64,000 nt of DNA from Dehalococcoidia bacterium (GCA_963663895.2 CAXXRD010000003.1:160001-224000); one strand, 5' to 3'; numbered from the stretch's first letter, positions 20,189 through 29,555 are shown. Numbers and translations are program-made. The notes: generated by a model from the sequence alone, not told the origin.

Positions 20189-20251
20189 GATCCCCGCCCC
20201 GCGCACTCGATCAGCTCGAAACGGCTCCGTGTATCCCAGAGAAGCGGCGTC

Positions 20252-21145
20252 GTGAGCAGACAAACGCAAGCGTACCTCTACGCGGGCTGCGCGGTTCTCC
20301 TGTGGTCGACCGTCGCCTCGGCGTTCAAGGTGTCGCTGCGCTACGTCGAGGCGCCGCACATGCTGCTCTACGCCACGATCGTTTCGACGGCCGTGCTGCT
20401 CGCCGTCGCGGCCTGGCAGGGCAAGCTGGGAGAGGCGCTGGCCTGCTCGCCGAAGCAGTACCTGGGATCGGCGGCGCTCGGGCTCCTCAACCCCTTCCTC
20501 TACTACCTCGTCCTGTTCGAGGCCTACGACCGCCTGCCCGCCCAAGAGGCGCAGCCGCTCAACTACGCCTGGCCCATGATGGTGGTCATCCTCTCGGTGC
20601 CGCTGCTCAAGCAGCCTCTCGGCCGGATCTCCCTGGCCGCGATCGTGGTGAGCTTCTGCGGCGTTCTCGTGATCGGGACGCGCGGCGACCTGCTGGCCTT
20701 CCGCTTCAGCGACCCGATCGGCACGGCCCTGGCGGTCGGCAGCGCCTTCATCTGGGCCACGTTCTGGCTGACCAACCTCCGGGACGACCGCGACGCCGTC
20801 GTCAAGCTGCTGCTGAACTTCAGCTTCGGGCTGGCGTTCGTCGCGGTCGCTGCGGTGGCGCTGGCCGGTCCGCCTCCCCTGGACCTGCGCAGCATCGGGG
20901 GATCGGCCTACGCGGGCGTCTTCGAGATGGGCCTGACCTTCGTGCTCTGGATGCGGGCGCTGTCGCTCTCGCGGACGACGGCGCAGGTCAGCAACCTCGT
21001 CTACCTCTCGCCCTTCCTCTCCCTCGTCTTCATCAGCGTCATCGTGGGCGAGACGATCCGGCCCTCGTCGGTGGTCGGGCTGTTGCTCATCGTGGGGGGC
21101 ATCGTCATCCGCCGCTTCGAGCGGACGCCGTCCCGGCCGGCCTGA
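20252..21145 (+). CDS. DMT/EamA-family transporter
   Basis: About 10 TM, LLWSTVASAFK, QPLNYAWP, YLSPFLSL. Confidence 0.9.
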   Translation: MSRQTQAYLYAGCAVLLWSTVASAFKVSLRYVEAPHMLLYATIVSTAVLLAVAAWQGKLGEALACSPKQYLGSAALGLLNPFLYYLVLFEAYDRLPAQEAQPLNYAWPMMVVILSVPLLKQPLGRISLAAIVVSFCGVLVIGTRGDLLAFRFSDPIGTALAVGSAFIWATFWLTNLRDDRDAVVKLLLNFSFGLAFVAVAAVALAGPPPLDLRSIGGSAYAGVFEMGLTFVLWMRALSLSRTTAQVSNLVYLSPFLSLVFISVIVGETIRPSSVVGLLLIVGGIVIRRFERTPSRPA

Positions 21146-21179
21146 TCAGCCCCGGGCGGCTTCGCCGAGAGCGCCCCGG

Positions 21180-21623
21180 CTAGCCTTGCTCCAGGGCGGC
21201 CAGGCGCTGCATGAGCTCGTCCGCGCCGACATCCTCGACGTGGCTGGCGATGGACCAGTGGTTGCCGAAGGGATCGGCGACGCGGGCGCAGCGATCGCCG
21301 TAGAACTGGTCGGCGGGCTCGGCCAGGGAGGTCGCGCCCGCCTCCACGGCGCGGGCATAGGCGCTATCGACATCCTCGACGTAGAGATGGATCTGCGTCT
21401 TGGTGGGCGGGAAATCGGGCGGCGCGGCGTCGGAGAGCATGACGGCGGCGCCCCCGATCTCGACCTCGGCGTGGCCGATGCCGCCCTGGGGCATGGGGAT
21501 GCGCAGGCGCTCGACGGCGCCGAAGGCGTTCGCGAGGAAGTCGAGGAATTCGGCGGCGTCCTCGACGACGAGGTAGGGGGTGATGGCGGTGTAGCCGTCG
21601 GGGACGGGCTTGACGTCGGACAT
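21180..21623 (-). CDS. VOC/glyoxalase (PhnB-like) family protein
   Basis: MSDVKPVPDGYTAITPYL, HAEVEIG, DQFYGDR...DPFGNHW; true start ATG 21623. Confidence 0.92.
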   Translation of the reverse strand: MSDVKPVPDGYTAITPYLVVEDAAEFLDFLANAFGAVERLRIPMPQGGIGHAEVEIGGAAVMLSDAAPPDFPPTKTQIHLYVEDVDSAYARAVEAGATSLAEPADQFYGDRCARVADPFGNHWSIASHVEDVGADELMQRLAALEQG

Positions 21624-21646
21624 GGGCCTTCCTTTGGACTGTTGGC

Positions 21647-21731
21647 TGGTGGGGAAGAGGAGACTCGAACTCCTACGCCTTGCGGCACACGATCCTAAAT
21701 CGTGCTCGTCTGCCAGTTCCGACACTTCCCC
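21647..21731 (-). tRNA. tRNA-Leu(TAG)
   Basis: GGGGAAG acceptor stem, CACGA-TTTAGGA-TCGTG anticodon arm, long variable arm, GTTCGAGTC, encoded CCA. Confidence 0.96.
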
Positions 21732-22129
21732 ATCCCGCGTGGACGCGAAACGACAACCGGCTGACTAAGCGTATTCCCTCCCTCGCCCTGGGAGCCCGAG
21801 CGCAGGAGGGATTTTACGTAAAGTAGCGCCGGTGGCCTTCCGTATCCAGGGCTTTCCGCGTCGGCAAAACAGGCCAACTGATTCGGGGTCGGCAAGCGCC
21901 GTCCGCAATTCGAAGGGCGTGGCATGGACGGGGACTAATGGACCGCCGCACGGCCTCGCGGCAGCTAGGCTGCGGTCCACGGGCAGGTAAGTAAAACCGC
22001 GAGGCGCGCACGTGAGAGTCACACTAGAGGAGGCCGAATGCGATGTCGTGAACACCCAATTCGGCTATGCGAACATTCACCTTGATGTATCCTTGGGTTT
22101 AGGCACTTCAACCCAAAGAAGGTATCGCA

Positions 22130-22822
22130 ATGGCCAGTACTGCGGCTCCTACGATCAATGGTTCGGTCTGGTGGACACTGCGGAGTAGATTTCAGCAATC
22201 CTTGCCCTCTGCAGTCACCCTCAATTACCTGGGCACCGTTCTTTCCGCGAAGGAAAATACCGCGAGGGGTGTCCTCGCCAACCTCAAGCTCCTCGGGCTC
22301 GTTAGCGAAGACGGCAAGCCTACGGAACTGGCGAACCTCTGGCGCGATGACGAACAATACGCCGCAGCCTGTGCTGAGATCGCTCGCCACGCGTACCCAG
22401 ATGAACTCTTATCGGCAGTACCGGGGCCTAATCCGGATGCCCGCGCTGCGACCCAGTGGTTTCAACTCAGTCGTCGCCTCGGATCGGGGGCGGCTCGCAA
22501 CGCTGCCAGGACATACGTGCTTGTCGTCTCAGGGAAGTTAGATCCAGACAAGGAAGCGAGTGCTGCAAAGAAGAAGTCCGCTGATGGCACGAACCGTCAA
22601 GCATCCTCCAAAACTAAGGGTGTGACAGAAAGCGGACACAAACGGTCTCAAGGTACGTCGACGCGAAACGGAAAAAGTAAGGCCACTGAGATCGGGTTCG
22701 AAATGCCTCGACCGCAGATCGCTGTGCAGGTAAACATTGCGCCCAACATGACTCCTGAGCAGATCGACCAAATCTTCTCAAGCATGGCGAAGTACTTCTA
22801 CAACGAAGCGGGCGTTGAGTAA
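22130..22822 (+). CDS. DUF5343-like protein
   Basis: PSAVTLNYL...LANLKLLGLVSEDGKPTE...HAYPDEL; low-complexity Lys/Ser linker; C-terminal IAVQVNI...EQIDQIFSSMAKY. Confidence 0.75.
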   Translation: MASTAAPTINGSVWWTLRSRFQQSLPSAVTLNYLGTVLSAKENTARGVLANLKLLGLVSEDGKPTELANLWRDDEQYAAACAEIARHAYPDELLSAVPGPNPDARAATQWFQLSRRLGSGAARNAARTYVLVVSGKLDPDKEASAAKKKSADGTNRQASSKTKGVTESGHKRSQGTSTRNGKSKATEIGFEMPRPQIAVQVNIAPNMTPEQIDQIFSSMAKYFYNEAGVE

Positions 22823-22825
22823 GTC

Positions 22826-23314
22826 GTGGATCTTGTGGCTCTGCTCAAGAGTGCCCGGGCACTTGAGCTCGCCGCTACGACCAATGGCGCACGCCGAGCA
22901 CCCGCTTTTGAGCCACTCAACCTTTTCGACGTGTTAGTAACCCACGGTGGGCTGTCCACAGCCTCACGCCAACTCTTCGCCGACGGTCACTACGCCCGTG
23001 CGGTTGAGCAGGGATTTAAAGCGGTAAACAGCGTCGTAAAGAAGCGTACCGGGTTTGCGAACGAGGGGCGGCCGCTGATGGAGCGGGCATTCTCGGAGAA
23101 GAACCCAAAACTCGCAGTGAACGAGTTGAAGGACCGCACCGATACCGACGAACAGGTTGGCACCATGATGCTGTTCGCGGGCGCGATGGCAGCAGTGCGC
23201 AACGTCCGGACACATGACCTCGATCGTGACGACGATGCACAGGTTGCATTGGAGTTGCTTGCCTTTGCGAACTATCTGATGCGAGTAGCTGAGGGAACAA
23301 CAGTCAGAAAGTAA
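22826..23314 (+). CDS. TIGR02391/Ymh-family protein (HEPN-like)
   Basis: LFADGHYARAVEQGFKAV...KKRTG...LMERAFS...EQVGTMMLFAGAMAAVRNVRTH; RxxxxH motif. Confidence 0.85.
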   Translation: MDLVALLKSARALELAATTNGARRAPAFEPLNLFDVLVTHGGLSTASRQLFADGHYARAVEQGFKAVNSVVKKRTGFANEGRPLMERAFSEKNPKLAVNELKDRTDTDEQVGTMMLFAGAMAAVRNVRTHDLDRDDDAQVALELLAFANYLMRVAEGTTVRK

Positions 23315-23362
23315 CTAGAGTCGGCCCCGGTTCCCAGGCTATGGACGCGAGCTAGCAGCTGA

Positions 23363-23570
23363 GGATTACGATGCCGATCGGCATCAGTTGGCGACAGCAA
23401 CACCGCTCCACGGGAAGGCCGACGAGGCGGCTATTCGGCCCGCCTGGTGAGGTTGCGGTCGATCTGGTATCGCGCCCTCGATCGTCCGGTGCGGGTTGGC
23501 CTCGACGAACAGCGCAGTCGGGGCCGTTCTCGCAGGAGCCCGCGCGTCTCGCGGCAGGCGAGGCAACCAC
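23363..23570 (-). repeat. Direct repeat copy 1 (frameshifted remnant of the small Myb-like ORF)
   Basis: Core tggtgaggttgcggtcgatctggta...cgccctcgatcgtccggtgcgggt shared with 25445-25727; FVEANPHRTIEGA and RYQIDRNLTRRA lie in different frames; outer limits approximate. Confidence 0.85.
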
Positions 23571-23668
23571 TGCGATGATCGCACCGGGCGGGGAAGTCGT
23601 CCTTGTGGTGGCAGCCCCCACGGCGGACCGCTAGCCTGACCAGAGGCTTCCCGCCCGAGGCAGGCAAA

Positions 23669-24646
23669 GTGGCGACGCAAACCGCTGGCGAACGAACCGA
23701 TGCCTTCCTGCACGCACTTCCAGACGAGCTTCGCACTGGTGACCTCGATCAGAGCGCGATCCCCCGGATAGCTCGTGACAAAGCCCTCCTCGCATCCATT
23801 GAGGAAGCCGTTCGCTCTATCCCTACGCAGCACGAGTTAGTGTTGGGCGACTCCCGCGATCTGTCGGCCATCGCCTCGGAAAGCGTTCATCTCGTTGTCA
23901 CCTCTCCCCCGTACTGGACGCTCAAGCAGTACGCGCCCTCGGAGAGCCAGCTCGGGTCTATCGAAGACTTCGATGAGTTCCTCGCGGCGCTCGACCAAGT
24001 TTGGCGAGAGTGCTTTCGCGTTCTGGTGCCGGGCGGCCGGGTGATCTGCGTGGTCGGAGACGTACTTCTCTCACGCCGGCAGAACAATGGGCGGCACACG
24101 GTCGTACCGCTCCATGCGGCGATCCAGCTGCACTGCCGTGAGATCGGCTACGACAACCTGGCGCCCATCATCTGGCAGAAGATCGGCAACGCGGATTACG
24201 AGGCCGGCGGCGGCGGCTTCTTGGGCAAACCCTATGAACCGAACGCGATCATCAAGAACGATGTCGAATACATCTTGTTTCAGCGGAAGCCCGGCGGGTA
24301 CCGAAGCCCGACTACCGAGATGCGGATCCTGTCGGTCATCTCTGCCTGGAACCACCAGCGTTGGTTTCGCCAAGTCTGGAGCGATATCGCCGGAGCCTCG
24401 ACGCGCTCGCACCCTGCGCCGTACCCGGAGGAGCTTGCCGAGCGCCTGGTCCGGATGTACAGCTTCGTGGGCGATCTCGTGCTTGATCCATTCTTGGGGA
24501 CGGGTACGACGTCAGTGGCCGCGGCCCGGTGGGGACGGAACAGCATTGGAGTCGAGATCGATCCCGGGTACATGGAACTGGCCGAAACCCGGCTTCGCCG
24601 GGAAGCGGCGGACCTGTGGCGCCAGTTGACCATCACGAGTCGGTAG
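23669..24646 (+). CDS. Site-specific DNA methyltransferase, beta class (N4-C/N6-A)
   Basis: VHLVVTSPPY precedes HPAPYP and VLDPFLGTGTT...SIGVEID; probable GTG start 23669. Confidence 0.93.
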   Translation: MATQTAGERTDAFLHALPDELRTGDLDQSAIPRIARDKALLASIEEAVRSIPTQHELVLGDSRDLSAIASESVHLVVTSPPYWTLKQYAPSESQLGSIEDFDEFLAALDQVWRECFRVLVPGGRVICVVGDVLLSRRQNNGRHTVVPLHAAIQLHCREIGYDNLAPIIWQKIGNADYEAGGGGFLGKPYEPNAIIKNDVEYILFQRKPGGYRSPTTEMRILSVISAWNHQRWFRQVWSDIAGASTRSHPAPYPEELAERLVRMYSFVGDLVLDPFLGTGTTSVAAARWGRNSIGVEIDPGYMELAETRLRREAADLWRQLTITSR

Positions 24647-24662
24647 ACGTTTGGAGCGCGGC

Positions 24663-25379
24663 GTGACCGCAACCTCTCCGATATTCCGGAATGCGGTAGC
24701 GCACTTCTGGGAGCGCAGGGGGCGGGCTACCGCCGCCGAGGACGTGGCTTATGCCGGGAGGCGCGCTGAGGTTGTCGGCGGCAAGCAACTCGACGGCTTC
24801 CTTTTCACGCTCCGCGAGCAACTTGTCGCCGGCGGCGTCTCCGAGAGCCACATCTACATGCGGCGCTCGCTGACGCACCTACCAGGGTTCTTCCGCGCGA
24901 CGAAGATGTGGGACCTGATCGTCACGACGGACAGCGAACTCTGCGCCGTCGTCGAACTCAAGGCTCACATCGGCCCGTCGTTCGGCAACAACACGAACAA
25001 TCGGGCAGAGGAGGCCATCGGCAACGCCACCGATTTGTGGCAGGCCTACCGTGAGGGAGCGTTTGCCGACTCCCCCGAGCCGTGGCTCGGATACCTCCTT
25101 CTCCTCGAGGACTGCGCCGAGGTCAGGAGCGATGTCGCCGTCAAGGAGCCTCACTTCGATGTCTTCCCGGAATTCAAGAACGCCTCCTACCAGCGGCGAT
25201 ACGAGATTTTGCTCCGTAAGCTCGTGCGAGAGCGTCTGTACTCGGGCGCCTGCCTGCTGTTGTCCGACTCAGACGACGCTGGAAAGCCAGCGAACTACCG
25301 CGAGCCCGCAACAGATTTGGGTGCCGACCGGTTCATTGGTGGACTTCTGCGTCGCTGCACGCCAGCGAAGGGCAGCTGA
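24663..25379 (+). CDS. XhoI/PaeR7I-family type II restriction endonuclease
   Basis: GRRAEVVGGKQLDGF, LPGFFRATKMWDL, VELKAHIGPSFGNNTNNRAEEAIGNATDLWQAYREG, PHFDVFPEF; GTG 24663 follows GGAG (ORF from TTG 24651). Confidence 0.92.
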   Translation: MTATSPIFRNAVAHFWERRGRATAAEDVAYAGRRAEVVGGKQLDGFLFTLREQLVAGGVSESHIYMRRSLTHLPGFFRATKMWDLIVTTDSELCAVVELKAHIGPSFGNNTNNRAEEAIGNATDLWQAYREGAFADSPEPWLGYLLLLEDCAEVRSDVAVKEPHFDVFPEFKNASYQRRYEILLRKLVRERLYSGACLLLSDSDDAGKPANYREPATDLGADRFIGGLLRRCTPAKGS

Positions 25380-25444
25380 TCTTGGGTTCCGGTTAGAGCC
25401 GGGCAGACTCGTGGATCATCCTATGGCCCGAGTTAAGAGCCGAT

Positions 25445-25727
25445 GATTACGACGTGGCGCTGAGACCAGCAGCCACTGGCTCCAGCAGCATCGCTCCACG
25501 AGAGGCCGCCAAGGTAACGACTAGGCCCGCTTGGTGAGGTTGCGGTCGATCTGGTAGCGCGCGCCCTCGATCGTCCGGTGCGGGTGCGCCTCAACGAACT
25601 TCGCGGCAGCGTCGCGCCGCCCGTGCTCGTCGAGGAGCCCCTGTAGCTCCTCGCGCTCCGCGTCGGTCCAGCGAGAGCCGAACGTGGCGCCGGGCTCCTG
25701 GGTGCGTCTGGTGGCGGCCAACCACTT
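25445..25727 (-). repeat. Direct repeat copy 2 (contains the intact 66 aa ORF)
   Basis: Homologous to 23363-23570 in the same orientation; outer limits approximate. Confidence 0.85.
25521..25721 (-). CDS. Small Myb/SANT-like helix-turn-helix protein (putative)
   Basis: SRWTDAEREELQGLLDEHG...AAAKF...PHRTIEGARYQI resembles Myb WT..E...L/RT spacing; TTG start with weak RBS. Confidence 0.55.
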   Translation of the reverse strand: MAATRRTQEPGATFGSRWTDAEREELQGLLDEHGRRDAAAKFVEAHPHRTIEGARYQIDRNLTKRA

Positions 25728-26026
25728 TGGGGTGGCACGGCTTTTACGAGCGCACTGGTCTGTCGCCTGCGTGTCGGAGCGTGCCCCTGCCGCGCCAGGT
25801 CGACGATCCCCGAGGATCCGACTGCCACGTCCTTACTGGTCCCATCGGCTCGGCAGCCGCATACTGAACAGCACAGGCGACGTAGCGTCCGTAGGCGAGC
25901 GCTGATCGACCGTTCCCAGCGCGCCCGCCACCGACCCGACCCGAGGCTGCGCAGCGCGATCGCCCTCGTGGACCGGTTGGAGCCGGTCGGGGTGTAGCGC
26001 GCCCGCTCCGCCTGGAAAGGACCCTT

Positions 26027-27460
26027 TTGGACTTCTCGACATTCGAACTGCACCCCCGTATCGAAGCGGGAGTGCGCGCCCAAGGCTACGACACGCCTAC
26101 CCCCATTCAAGCCGAAGCGATTCCCCCGGCGCTGGAAGGCGCGGACATCTTGGGCCTGGCCCAGACAGGAACGGGTAAGACCGCCGCCTTCGCACTCCCG
26201 ATCCTGGATTACCTCATAGACGGGCCGCGCACGCGGGTGCGCGCCTTGGTGATCGCGCCCACGCGTGAGCTGACCCACCAGATCCACACTGCCTTCAGCG
26301 CGCTGGGCGCGGAGACGGGCCTGCGGAGCGTCCCGATCTACGGCGGGGTCAACATCGACCCGCAGATCCGGCGGTTGCAGGGCGGCGCGGAGATCGTGGT
26401 TGCTTGCCCCGGCCGGCTGCTCGATCACATGCAGCAGGGCACGGCGGAGCTTGCGGATGTCGAAGTGCTCGTCCTCGACGAGGCGGATCGCCTGTTCGAT
26501 ATGGGCTTTTTGCCGGACATCCGCCGCATCATCAGACGCCTACCCGAAGACCGGCAGACGCTCTTGTTCTCCGCCACGATGCCGCCGGACATCCGCACGC
26601 TGGCGACGGAGATCCTGTCCGACCCGGTGACGGTCGAGGTCGATCGCGCCAGGCCGGCGGAGACGGTCGCGCACGCGATCTACCCGGTGACGGAGGGGGA
26701 GAAGGGCGAAGCACTCGTGCAGCTCCTCTATCGCTTCGAGACCGAGTCAGTGCTGGTGTTCACGCGCACCAAGCGGCGGGCGAAGCGCGTGGCGGCGGGG
26801 CTGGTTTCCGCTGGCTTCGACGCCACTTGCCTGCAGGGAAACCTGTCGCAGCATCGCCGCCAGGAGGCGCTCGACGGCTTTCGGAGCGGCAAGTATCCGA
26901 TCCTGGTCGCGACGGACATCGCGGCGCGGGGGATCGACGTCTCGTCGATCTCGCATGTCATCAACTACGACATGCCCGATACGGTCGACGCCTACACCCA
27001 CCGCATCGGCCGCACGGGCCGCGCAGCGCGAACCGGGGACGCCTTCACCTTGGTCACTCCCGACGACGCCAGCGCGGTCCGCGCGATCGAGCGGATGATG
27101 GGCTGCCACTTGGAGCGGCGCCCACTGGACGCGTCGCGATCGTCACCAGCGAACGACCGCGCGGCCGTGGAGCCGGCTCCGCGCCGGGCTCCCCGGTCGA
27201 GGCCCGCGCCCCGCAGAGAAGAGAACGGTGCTCCGGCGCCACGCCGTCGCCGTCGCCGTCGCCGCGGCGGGCAGAGTAAAGGGAACGGTCGCGCCGTCGG
27301 GGTCGCGAACTCGGCCGCATTCGCAGCGGTGGAATCACGCGGGCGGCGACGTGGGACGCCGACACCTCGGGTTACCGGGATACCAGCCGCGACCCATCGG
27401 CGGGGCGGTCGATCGCAAGGACGGCCGCGTGCCGGTGGCCACGCCCAGAGGGAGCGCTAG
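26027..27460 (+). CDS. DEAD-box RNA helicase (RhlE-like) with Arg-rich tail
   Basis: PTPIQ, AQTGTGKT, PTREL, DEAD, SAT, ATDIAARGID, HRIGRTGR. Confidence 0.96.
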   Translation: MDFSTFELHPRIEAGVRAQGYDTPTPIQAEAIPPALEGADILGLAQTGTGKTAAFALPILDYLIDGPRTRVRALVIAPTRELTHQIHTAFSALGAETGLRSVPIYGGVNIDPQIRRLQGGAEIVVACPGRLLDHMQQGTAELADVEVLVLDEADRLFDMGFLPDIRRIIRRLPEDRQTLLFSATMPPDIRTLATEILSDPVTVEVDRARPAETVAHAIYPVTEGEKGEALVQLLYRFETESVLVFTRTKRRAKRVAAGLVSAGFDATCLQGNLSQHRRQEALDGFRSGKYPILVATDIAARGIDVSSISHVINYDMPDTVDAYTHRIGRTGRAARTGDAFTLVTPDDASAVRAIERMMGCHLERRPLDASRSSPANDRAAVEPAPRRAPRSRPAPRREENGAPAPRRRRRRRRGGQSKGNGRAVGVANSAAFAAVESRGRRRGTPTPRVTGIPAATHRRGGRSQGRPRAGGHAQRER

Positions 27461-27663
27461 CGCGCCGCCTTCCTGCCCTGTGTGGTTGCTGCCTCTCCGT
27501 GATCACGGCTTCAGCTGCGTTTCGGTTCGACCTTTCCGCTGCTCCTCCTTCTGCTCGTCGGCGGGCGCTGTGAGAGAAACTTTGGCTTCCACGGCTCGGA
27601 TAGAAAATACCTAGCCGCTTCCGGTCTGCGGCAGACTGTAGCCACCTTCGTCGTGGCGTTCTA

Positions 27664-27900
27664 CTACTGCGCTGCGCCGTCCCGAACCCCGACCACCCTT
27701 TGCATGCGAATGATCTCTTCCTCGGTCATGCACTGGAGCATCAGCAACCCGTTCCGGCCGATCTCGCCGAACTCCTCCGGCGCCAGCATCGCCAGATCGA
27801 GCGTCGTGGAGACCTCGACGAAGTGCACGTGCTCTCGGGCGAAGTCCGGGAGGCAGGAGACCGTGTCGTCGCTAGCCAGAGTGCCGACGGTCCATCCCGG
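27664..27900 (-). pseudogene. Start-less coding remnant
   Basis: Frame reads PGWTVGTLASDDTVSCLPDFAREHVHFVEVSTTLDLAMLAPEEFGEIGRNGLLMLQCMTEEEIIRMQ...AAQ** with GC3-rich codons; in-frame stops just upstream and no 5' start. Confidence 0.45.
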
Positions 27901-28146
27901 TAAGGCCGTGCATGCTCGTCATTCCAAACCTCCCGATTATCGGTGGCTGCCGGAGAGCGCTGCCGGCCGGCATTGGGCTCTCTGGCGGATACCATAGTGC
28001 TGACTTCACTGCCACACCCGGCGACGGTGGCGAACGAGCCGGCCGTCCTCGCAGAGGTTGCTGAACAATGCGGTCCTGAGCGGCGTCAGCGGCTCCGCTG
28101 CGGCTGCGATCATCATCTCCGAGCCCGTCTTTGCGGCGCCTCGTCG

Positions 28147-28821
28147 CTATCCCTTGCTCGGAAGCTGCGGCTTCAGCCAGTCGAGGAAGGCGTCCTCGCT
28201 CCGAGTCTGCATGTAGAAGCGTCCCGGCCCCGTCAGCTTCGCCACCAGCCCTTCCCCTCCGAACAACGTCGACTTCCACCCGCCCGACTTCCCCACGCTG
28301 TACTGCACCGTCTCGTCGAACGCCACCATGTGCCCCGTGTCCACCGTGTACCGCTCTCCCTCCCCCAGCTCCACCAGCCGAATCCCGCCGAAGCTCGACA
28401 GGAAGATCGTCCCGTATCCGGTCGCCCTCAAGAGGAAAAATCCCTCCCGCGAGAAGAACATCTTGCCCCCGCCCCACTTCGTGTCGATCTCCACCTCCGG
28501 GCTTGCCGCCAGGAACGACCCCGACTGGATCAGCAGAGGCGCGCCGGTCAGCTCCAACGCGATCACATCTCCCGGCAGCGCCGGCGCCACCGTCACCTCT
28601 CCAGCCATCTCCGTCGCCATGAACTCATTGACGAAGAAGCTCTCCCCGCCCAGGGCCTTGCGCTTCAAGCCGGACATGATCCCGCCCCGCGCCTCCGTCT
28701 TCATCGACACCGAATCCGACATGCTCACCATCGCCCCGGACTCCGCCTGGATGCTCTCCCCGGCGGCCAGGGAGATCACCCCCAGCGCGTAGGAGGGCGT
28801 GTGCGTGATCTCGTACTTCAT
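28147..28821 (-). CDS. TIGR00266/AIM24-family protein
   Basis: AESGAMVSM, GGESFFVN, APALPGD, VDTGHMVAF, GGEGLV...GPG...QTR. Confidence 0.93.
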   Translation of the reverse strand: MKYEITHTPSYALGVISLAAGESIQAESGAMVSMSDSVSMKTEARGGIMSGLKRKALGGESFFVNEFMATEMAGEVTVAPALPGDVIALELTGAPLLIQSGSFLAASPEVEIDTKWGGGKMFFSREGFFLLRATGYGTIFLSSFGGIRLVELGEGERYTVDTGHMVAFDETVQYSVGKSGGWKSTLFGGEGLVAKLTGPGRFYMQTRSEDAFLDWLKPQLPSKG

Positions 28822-28926
28822 CTCGGCTCCATCACTCGTGGACGGCGTCTTGGCCGAGGACCCTACGTCCGGCCACCGCGCGGGTCAATGATACCTACTC
28901 AAGACAAAACAGCTTCGATCTGCGCG

Positions 28927-29262
28927 ATGAACGACCGCCACGCTTCCCTTGGGCGCAACCTCCAGGCGCTCGCAACGGAGTGGGCGCAGAAGCTTGTCGA
29001 GGAGGGCCAGCCCATGACCCCCAGCGACGTGGTGCGCTGGGCGGAGGCGGGCGTGCGCATCGAGCGGCTGGCCCTGGGTCAGGCCACGAGCCGGACCGAG
29101 GTCAACTACAACCGGATCGCCGCCCCCATCCTGGCCCTGTTCCAGCAGATCGTACAGCCCGCCCTCCCGGAGCCGGTCCGCGCCCAGGTGGTGCGGGACT
29201 TCGCGGACGGCGTGAACGAGATCCGAGACAACGTCAGCGGAGACGAAGGGAAACGCACATGA
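28927..29262 (+). CDS. Phage-like protein, resembling the C-terminal part of a small terminase subunit (possibly truncated)
   Basis: MNDRHASLGRNLQALA...PSDVVRWAEAGVRIERLALGQATSRTE; ATGA coupling to the next ORF; the resemblance is from recall only. Confidence 0.5.
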   Translation: MNDRHASLGRNLQALATEWAQKLVEEGQPMTPSDVVRWAEAGVRIERLALGQATSRTEVNYNRIAAPILALFQQIVQPALPEPVRAQVVRDFADGVNEIRDNVSGDEGKRT

Positions 29263-29522
29263 CGACGCGAAAGCAGGACGTGACGACCGAACCCACGGCG
29301 ATCACCGGGCTCACCGACGACACGCGCTACCTCGTCGTGGTGAAGGGGCCACGCCGCGTATTCGTCGCATCGGCAGCCAGCGCCCCCGAGAAGGACACCC
29401 CCGCCTTCACGATCGGAGCGACCGGGCGGATCGTGGTGCAGCCCACGAGCGGCGTCGACGTGTACGTGTGGGCGGCGGAGGCCGGAGGTGCGGTCGTCTT
29501 CGACGAGGCGCTCCAGAACTAG
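29259..29522 (+). CDS. Small beta-rich hypothetical protein (phage-like)
   Basis: MTTRKQDVTTEPTAITGL...VYVWAAEAGG; ATG overlaps the upstream TGA. Confidence 0.6.
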   Translation: MTTRKQDVTTEPTAITGLTDDTRYLVVVKGPRRVFVASAASAPEKDTPAFTIGATGRIVVQPTSGVDVYVWAAEAGGAVVFDEALQN

Positions 29523-29555
29523 TGCTCGTCGCTCCAGGAAAGTCCCGCAGGTGGC

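Noticed and set aside
21625-21725. VOC ORF extension to 21725
   Set aside because: Overlaps tRNA-Leu; the family N-terminus starts at 21623.
25915-25950. gacccgaccc motif shared with ~33550
   Set aside because: Too short and GC-rich to support a repeat family.
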